Assembly (NCBI GenBank): GCA_040755995.1
Contig: JBFMAF010000020.1
Coordinates: 64,001-128,000, forward strand
Reading direction: 5' to 3'
From: Acidobacteriota bacterium
GTDB taxonomy: Bacteria > Acidobacteriota > CAIWXX01
DNA length: 64,000 bases
Positions 58,901-64,000 of the stretch are shown here, piece after piece. The notes beneath the pieces are model-generated. The model was not told where the DNA came from and did no database searches. It saw only the letters and a list, made by a program, of their open reading frames with translations. Position numbers and translations under genes: made by a program. Every line of letters begins with the position of its first letter. The first letter of the stretch is position 1.

Positions 58901-61900
58901 ATCACCCGTCAAGCGGAAGTCGAAGCCGCCTCCCACGCGCCCGTAGTTGCTGTCGACACGCAGATCCTCTTTCGTGCGCAGGCGCAGGTCGAGCGCGACA
59001 TTGTCGATCGGCGAACGTGTTGCGAGGGCGAGAGGATCGGGTTGGCCATACGACAGGTGCAGCCCCGCAACGGGCGAGGCTCCTCGGAAGTCGCCTCGCA
59101 GCACCTCGATCTCCCCCGAGACAACCGGCCGTCCCGCCTTCATTGTCAGGGCCAGATCGGCATTCAGCTCGGTCCGCCAGCCGCGCGGCCAGTCCAGGCC
59201 CGCGTTTCGCACGGTGCATGCGAGCCGAGATCCGGCGTCCGCCGGTCGGAGGAGCCCGATCTGTCCGGTGATGTCGAGCGTCCCTCCGTTGACCATGCCC
59301 TTGACGCCGACCGCCTCGAGGCCGCCACTGCTCAAACGGAGCGTGCCGGAGAGGCCGTCGACAAAGACGCGCGCCTGGCGGACCCACGCCTCGCAGTCGT
59401 AGAGGTTGATCTCCCCTTCGGGGACCGGATGCGCCAGCGGCCCGTGGAGCCGGATCTGCAGCTCGGTCCTGCCTCCAAGCTCCACACCCGGCACCGATGC
59501 CGAAAGCACCTGCAGCCTGGTTTCGCCTGCAGCCTGCAAGTCCAGCCGGCTCTGTCCGATGGTCTCGCCCAGCTCCAGCCCTCCACTGAGCGTCAAGCTG
59601 ATCCCCTCCCCGGTCCACGTCCACGGATGCAGAGTCATCCGGCCGGCTTCCAGGTCCACGGCAGCGGGCCCGTCCGTACGCAGAGGGATACCGGAGGCAG
59701 ACGCGTCGGAGACCCGCAGTCCAAGATGACCTCGAGCGCGGCGCAGGTCGAGCGACGGCGACTGCAGAGTGATATCCGCGCTGGCCGTCCAGCCGACATT
59801 CCCCGGAGGCCTGACGTTGACCGGCAGCGAATCGGCCCTGAAATTCGCAACATGCGCAGTCAGCCTGATCGCTTCCGATGTACCCTCACCGGCGGCCCAT
59901 CGCTGTGAGAGGACCGCAAGCGGCAGATTGCCCTCAGCAACGATCGATGCGCCACGCCAGTTCGCGATGAGGTGCTCGACGGCCAGAGCACTGCCATCCA
60001 GACAGGCGCGTGCATCGAGCCCATCCAGCTTGCCGAGCCTGGGTATCTCCAGGGAGCCTGCTTCGACTGAGATTTCGCCGGCGACCTGGGGATGCAGACG
60101 ATCACCGGCGACTCGCACTTGTGCATTGAGCATCCCTTGCCCCGCGACGGGCGAGGGCTTCCCAAGGAGCTCCAGAAACGGGACCACGTCGCCGATCTCA
60201 CCGGCGAGGGAGACATCGAGTGGCGCGGCGGCGCCAACGCCCAGACCGCCAACGGCGGCGACCTTGCTGGCGCCTGCCAGAAGCTCCACGTCAGCCTCGA
60301 TCGCGTCCGGCCCGATCGCAACGCGTCCGGGCCGCTCCGTTCTGATCGAGACACCACCGGCTCGGGCGTCGAGATGCCTCAGTGAGAGATCGAGCCGGCC
60401 GAGGCGCCACGGCGAAAGCGTGCCGTTGAGCCTGCCATCGAACGACACGGCGCCGGCCAACGGTGTGCTCGCCATCGTGCTCTCGAGCGCCGCCAAATCG
60501 AACCCCTCGGCCGACGCCTGCACCTCGAACATGTGCGCTCCGTCGAGGCTCGTCCAACCTCTCACGGCGCCTCCCGCCGATTCGACAAACAGCCAGTCAT
60601 CCCGCAGATCCAGCAACAGGCTGGCACCCCCGAGCGGCCGATCGGCCCAATACGCGTCTTCGATCCGCAGCTCGCCGCTCGCGCGTGGCCCGTCGGGCAG
60701 ACCTTCGGCTCGAGCCCGGAAGTCGAGGCGCGCGCGCAACGGCAGGCCGCGTTGGCCGGCGTAGGCAGCTGGCACACGATCGACCCTCAGATTCTGGCCG
60801 GACGCCTCGAGTGAGAACTCCGTCGGACCCGCGTAGCGGCCGTTGAGCTCGACGTGACCGTCAGCCTGGTCGGCAGTCAACCGGGCGGTCGCCGCGCCGC
60901 GCTCGTATGTGAGCTCCCCGGCGACGTGATCGAACGATTGTCCTGCGACGCACAACGGCGCCGCATCGATCTCAACCACTGCCCGCGGGCTTTTGACTGT
61001 CCCGGAGATGCTGCCCGATGCATGAACGCTTCCACCCGGATTCCACGGGATGCCGAGCGGCACTTCCGAAAGATCGGCGCAGTCAGCCTTCACATCAACC
61101 GTCATCGTTCCGTCCGGGAGCGAGATCGTACCGCGCCCACCGCTCACGATTCCGCCAGCCGTCAGCTCCACCGAGTCGATATCTACCTTTGTTCGTTCCG
61201 CCCTGACGTGCGCGGACAGTCGCGCCGCGGGCAGGAATTCCGCCGAAGCTGAGCGCAGCCCATCGATGGCCACGCGCGCGTCGAGTTTCGGCTGTTCGAA
61301 CGTTCCAGCGACCTCCGCGCGGACGCTCCCCGTCCCGGACGGCATCCACGGGACGCGGCGCTTCGGCGCGAGCAGAGTCGTCACCAGGCTCACCGCGGAC
61401 TCGACCGAGATTCCTTGGCCCGTTACGGAGCCGCCGACCGCCGTCCCGGGATCCCCGTGCAGCGACGCATCCCAGCGGCCGAGACGCCCGAGCGAGTGCG
61501 AAGCGTCGAGCGACCAGCTCCGATCGGCCTCCATCTCGAACACGGTCCGGCCGGAGATGCCGGGGCGGCCCGCGGGCGGGGCGATCGAGTTCACCAACCT
61601 CAACCTGCAGCGCTCAAACCGGGCTCCCGCCCAATCGAAGGTCGCCTTGCCCTGCAGGATTCCTTCCGGGACGCTTTCCGGCGGCGTGGCAGGCAGCAGC
61701 TCATGCAACAGGGCCGATGCACCGGCACTGTGCCATTCAAGCTTCAGGCTGTTGGAGGCCGCCTCGCCGACATCGAGCCGGGCAGTACCGCGGATCTCGC
61801 CGTTCGCGACGCGGGCGCTGAGGACGGGCACGTCGAGGACTCCGCGTTCCAGCTTGGCGCCGACAGCCAGATCGCCAATTCGGAGCCGGCCGCAGAGGGT

Positions 61901-62740
61901 CTCCTCCGAGATGACGTCGAATGAGAAGATCGGGGACGAAACCGTGCCCGAGGCCTGGGCGAGCACCATGAGCTCGCCCTGCAGCCCCCTTTCCGGGAAC
62001 AACGACGCGAGATCGTAAGTTGCTCGCGCCGTCGCTTCGATAGTCTCTGAGTCCCGATCGATCCTGCCGTGTAGTCGAATAGTCCCTTCGCGAGCGCGCG
62101 TCGTGATGGGAGCGAGCGAGACGCGTCCTTCGTCGAACCGCACAACGGCCTCCGAGATCTCGATCGAGCCGGTTCGGGATCGAGCCTCCCATCGGGCCGG
62201 CTCGCCGAAGCTCGCTCGCAGCGAGCCGGTTCGCGCGACTTCGGCCAGCAACGAAACGTCGGCGGTCGCGATGCGTACGTTGCGTTGCTCGTCGTGGAAG
62301 TCGATCGAGACTCCCGGCGCATCGAATCGGAGGCGTCCGAGGCCCGGCCCGCCGCGCGGGCCATTGCCGCCCGGCGGCAGGTTCAGACGCCCGCCTGCGT
62401 CTCGCACGACGTTGATAGCGCCGCCGTACAGCTTGATTGCAGGCCCATCGCCCATTCCAATGATGGTATTCCAAGGGATATCGACCGCAAGCTCATCCGC
62501 CTTCAGGAATGGAACGCCGGGCGTCGCCCTGCAGGCGATTCGGAGCTGACAGACGCGAAAGGTCAACCTCAGCAGGTTGTAGTCAAGGCGCTCCGCGGTG
62601 AGCACGACCCCGTAGTGCATCGACGCATATGCGGCGGCCCGCTTCAGGCACCACGAGCGGACAGGTGGTGTATGGAGCGCACCGAGCAGCACGGCCAGCG
62701 CGAGAACGACGAGGCCGACCTTCCAAAGCCTATTCATCAT
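55982..62740 (-). CDS. TamB/AsmA-like protein fused to POTRA domains and an Omp85 (TamA/BamA) barrel, about 2250 aa
   Basis: Start MMNRLWK with N-terminal anchor; long AsmA-like beta repeats; DUF490-like SEPDLPENEILSLLLTG; POTRA-like repeats; GGANTVRGY, GLGLRY.TPFG.FRLDYG, terminal GQAF. Confidence 0.9.
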   Translation of the reverse strand: MMNRLWKVGLVVLALAVLLGALHTPPVRSWCLKRAAAYASMHYGVVLTAERLDYNLLRLTFRVCQLRIACRATPGVPFLKADELAVDIPWNTIIGMGDGPAIKLYGGAINVVRDAGGRLNLPPGGNGPRGGPGLGRLRFDAPGVSIDFHDEQRNVRIATADVSLLAEVARTGSLRASFGEPARWEARSRTGSIEISEAVVRFDEGRVSLAPITTRAREGTIRLHGRIDRDSETIEATARATYDLASLFPERGLQGELMVLAQASGTVSSPIFSFDVISEETLCGRLRIGDLAVGAKLERGVLDVPVLSARVANGEIRGTARLDVGEAASNSLKLEWHSAGASALLHELLPATPPESVPEGILQGKATFDWAGARFERCRLRLVNSIAPPAGRPGISGRTVFEMEADRSWSLDASHSLGRLGRWDASLHGDPGTAVGGSVTGQGISVESAVSLVTTLLAPKRRVPWMPSGTGSVRAEVAGTFEQPKLDARVAIDGLRSASAEFLPAARLSAHVRAERTKVDIDSVELTAGGIVSGGRGTISLPDGTMTVDVKADCADLSEVPLGIPWNPGGSVHASGSISGTVKSPRAVVEIDAAPLCVAGQSFDHVAGELTYERGAATARLTADQADGHVELNGRYAGPTEFSLEASGQNLRVDRVPAAYAGQRGLPLRARLDFRARAEGLPDGPRASGELRIEDAYWADRPLGGASLLLDLRDDWLFVESAGGAVRGWTSLDGAHMFEVQASAEGFDLAALESTMASTPLAGAVSFDGRLNGTLSPWRLGRLDLSLRHLDARAGGVSIRTERPGRVAIGPDAIEADVELLAGASKVAAVGGLGVGAAAPLDVSLAGEIGDVVPFLELLGKPSPVAGQGMLNAQVRVAGDRLHPQVAGEISVEAGSLEIPRLGKLDGLDARACLDGSALAVEHLIANWRGASIVAEGNLPLAVLSQRWAAGEGTSEAIRLTAHVANFRADSLPVNVRPPGNVGWTASADITLQSPSLDLRRARGHLGLRVSDASASGIPLRTDGPAAVDLEAGRMTLHPWTWTGEGISLTLSGGLELGETIGQSRLDLQAAGETRLQVLSASVPGVELGGRTELQIRLHGPLAHPVPEGEINLYDCEAWVRQARVFVDGLSGTLRLSSGGLEAVGVKGMVNGGTLDITGQIGLLRPADAGSRLACTVRNAGLDWPRGWRTELNADLALTMKAGRPVVSGEIEVLRGDFRGASPVAGLHLSYGQPDPLALATRSPIDNVALDLRLRTKEDLRVDSNYGRVGGGFDFRLTGDVGMPGMQGRVFLSPGSEVYFGGTTYLVESATLEFPSAISSESRLTASATTKVAGYFVMVSLTGDLQKVKTHLVSEPDLPENEILSLLLTGQKTGAGGSVDLAKGGSVADILSAGLLGSAGRALNLSGLRIQRGDPSVDPTFDPMNIASETNPTSRITASKAVGPNVTVTFSQSLQNAGGLTWVIDYTPLRQVELRAVKQDDDTRFIEFRHDLSFGGGSGRPATAHRPLTRKVPAERIQSISFSGDPLPSDLRRALRLSVGARFDYYKWREDRDRLQAALAKAGFLESRVGARRDPPFRSEPHEGDLVRLDYSVRRGPRTEIVVTGRAAEELWLREIRQVWQTSESSRFLEEESARRVLVDLSSRGFVRARVSAKAVKSADGDKKTLYVTVDPGPRSDSKKIVFEGNVRIDERRLVEVASRPEVKSNAWADPTSLAHALLALYRSEGMISAEFDVGPPRFFGQRAELPVHIKEGPQFVISVVRVQGTRSISEDRVRQAAGLSPGQPLRIVTLLDAYRRILQLYHNLGFAAVDVDVNVRRAPDGDAAEVDLVVKEGRQQILKEVVVDGLRRISPRAVSPATSLETGKPVAPAQLERAQKKIVDTGAFRRVDFQIEPLAVTPDAAAEPVRLRLLVEEWAPWRLRYGLQLLDQPQPLADEVVHARGLGGVVDITRRALAGRPFAGGLSLRYSKEYESARAYASIPRAFGLPIRSSLYLTLSREHIWYDAKEFLDTETGLTFEQRARIGSLAEVAYAYEIQWLDLQSAQPIEGRRFDFDARLARITATLALDRRDDFMDPMRGWFHSTGVEYAAPAIGSQVDLQKILIQQFAYLPLYRKTVLALAARYENSAGAGEALLATDRLPTGGANTVRGYPDDWLDIRDVVDLLGGRSGLLILNEELRVPLWRSLRGAAFLDYGRLRSTLDDRAQTISRLSTGLGLRYRTPFGLFRLDYGHPIGEGSTGLRGRWYFTLGQAF

Positions 62741-62768
62741 GAGCCTCGCTCGACCGCGCACAGGGCCG

Positions 62769-64000
62769 TCATTTCTCGGTGCGGCGCTGGTGCTGCTTCG
62801 CCTTCTCCAGCGCCTGCTGGACGAGCTGAGGCTGGTCTCTTCTACTGTATACATCCGCGAGCAAGAAGTACGCCAGCGCCTTGTGCTCGGGAGTCCGCGC
62901 AAGCACCAGTCCCTTGTTGGCGAGATCCAGGATCTCGCCGGGATCTGCGTCCTGCTGCAGCAGACCGCGCGCCAGAAACAGGTAGCCCAGCGGGTTCTCG
63001 GGTGCGATCCGAGTGACCTCGCGCATCTGTTCCATGTAGTGGTCGAGGTCCCCGCGGCGCAGGAGAATCCGGCCGAGATTGAAACGGGCCATGTAGCAGT
63101 CGCCATTGAGATCGATCTCGGCCCGGTACGCCTGCGTGGCTGCGGGCAGATCGCCCATCCCCTCGTAGAGCAATCCAAGGTGGAAATGCGCCAACGGGAA
63201 CTTCGGGTGGGCGGCGAGTATCTCGTCGAGAGTGCGTTGTGCATCGGCATACCGCTTGAGGCCGATCATGCATGCGGCGAGATTCAAGTGGTTCTGGGTC
63301 AGCTTCGGCTGGATCTCGACGGCCCGCTGCAGACTGGGCAGCGCATTGGCATAGTCTTGGCGGTCCATGTACGCCTGGCCCATCAAAGTGTGCGCCAACG
63401 TATTGCGTTCGTCGACCTCCAGCGCGCGCTTGCACACCCTGATCACGTCCTCGCCCTGGCCCTCGCCCTGCAAGATCTTGGCCATGCACACCAGGGCCTG
63501 CACGTTCCTGGGGTCTTGCTGGAGGACGGAGCTTAGAAGCCGCTTGGCCTCGTTCGATCGCTCCAGCTCGACGTAGCAGTTTGCCAGCAGGAGCATCGCC
63601 TGTGGGTTGGCAGGATCTTCGCGGAGAACCTGTTCGAGTGTGCACGATGCTTCGGCATACCTGTCGAGGTTGCTGAGCTCGCCGGCGCGCTGTATCGCCT
63701 CGTGCACGGCGAGCCCGTCCTTGGGATCGATCAGAGGCGCGTGCGCGCCTGTTCGCGGTCTCTCCGGGATCGGAGCGCCGATGTAGCCCAACGCGGCCAG
63801 GCGGGCGACGGTCTCGCTGTCGAGGTCGGCCGCGACCGGCGCAGGCGCTCCGGAGCTCGAATCCGCGATCAGCTTCTCCAGAAGCGCGCCGTACTCGGCC
63901 ACAAGAGGTGACGAGGTCGCACCAAGGTCTGCCAGCTCGTGAGGATCATCCCGGAGATCGTAGAATTCCGGCCGCGGCGCGTCGATGTACTTGTGTGCGG
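62769..64000 (-). CDS. C-terminal part of a sulfatase-like hydrolase with TPR repeats (5' end outside the window)
   Basis: KYIDAPRPEFYDLRDDPHE, RLAALGYI and DPKD, followed by multiple TPR repeats; frame open to the window end. Confidence 0.85.
   Translation of the reverse strand, partial: AHKYIDAPRPEFYDLRDDPHELADLGATSSPLVAEYGALLEKLIADSSSGAPAPVAADLDSETVARLAALGYIGAPIPERPRTGAHAPLIDPKDGLAVHEAIQRAGELSNLDRYAEASCTLEQVLREDPANPQAMLLLANCYVELERSNEAKRLLSSVLQQDPRNVQALVCMAKILQGEGQGEDVIRVCKRALEVDERNTLAHTLMGQAYMDRQDYANALPSLQRAVEIQPKLTQNHLNLAACMIGLKRYADAQRTLDEILAAHPKFPLAHFHLGLLYEGMGDLPAATQAYRAEIDLNGDCYMARFNLGRILLRRGDLDHYMEQMREVTRIAPENPLGYLFLARGLLQQDADPGEILDLANKGLVLARTPEHKALAYFLLADVYSRRDQPQLVQQALEKAKQHQRRTEK

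Noticed and set aside
1..64000. CRISPR array, tRNA/rRNA, integrase or transposase
   Set aside because: No regularly spaced repeat-spacer pattern, RNA-gene signature or recombinase motif was seen by eye; a covariance-model scan would be needed to exclude small RNAs

Overview
High-GC bacterial DNA. The gene content suggests an anaerobic or facultative Gram-negative organism, possibly Acidobacteriota (inference). There are about 50 CDS. I saw no rRNA, tRNA, CRISPR array or intact transposase. In order: (1) two tandem paralogous secreted proteins; (2) a MacAB-type ABC export operon with an OmpR-family two-component system; (3) secreted repeat proteins, an acyltransferase, a Tat-exported Cys-rich protein, a zincin and a collapsed homoaconitase pseudogene; (4) a redox/sulfur region with two convergent NarI-like + HdrD/DsrK-like modules wired to signalling genes (Rrf2, a divergent macrodomain, an HdrD-receiver fusion, a Cys-motif PAS kinase, two stand-alone receivers); (5) pncA-pncB NAD salvage; (6) an mvhG-mvhA-protease-hdrA-mvhD-tusA operon with no hdrBC in the window; (7) a 10-gene RDD/zinc-finger/DUF4129/DUF4350/MoxR/DUF58/SpoIIM operon; (8) yefM-yoeB; (9) a methyltransferase, a REP-like element, a roughly 2250-aa TamB-Omp85 fusion and a truncated sulfatase-TPR gene. 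The best candidates for an undescribed system are the phosphorylation/macrodomain-linked heterodisulfide-reductase-like module (20016-30933) and the HdrBC-less hydrogenase-HdrA-TusA operon (38511-44142). Family assignments come from motif recognition by eye, not from database searches.
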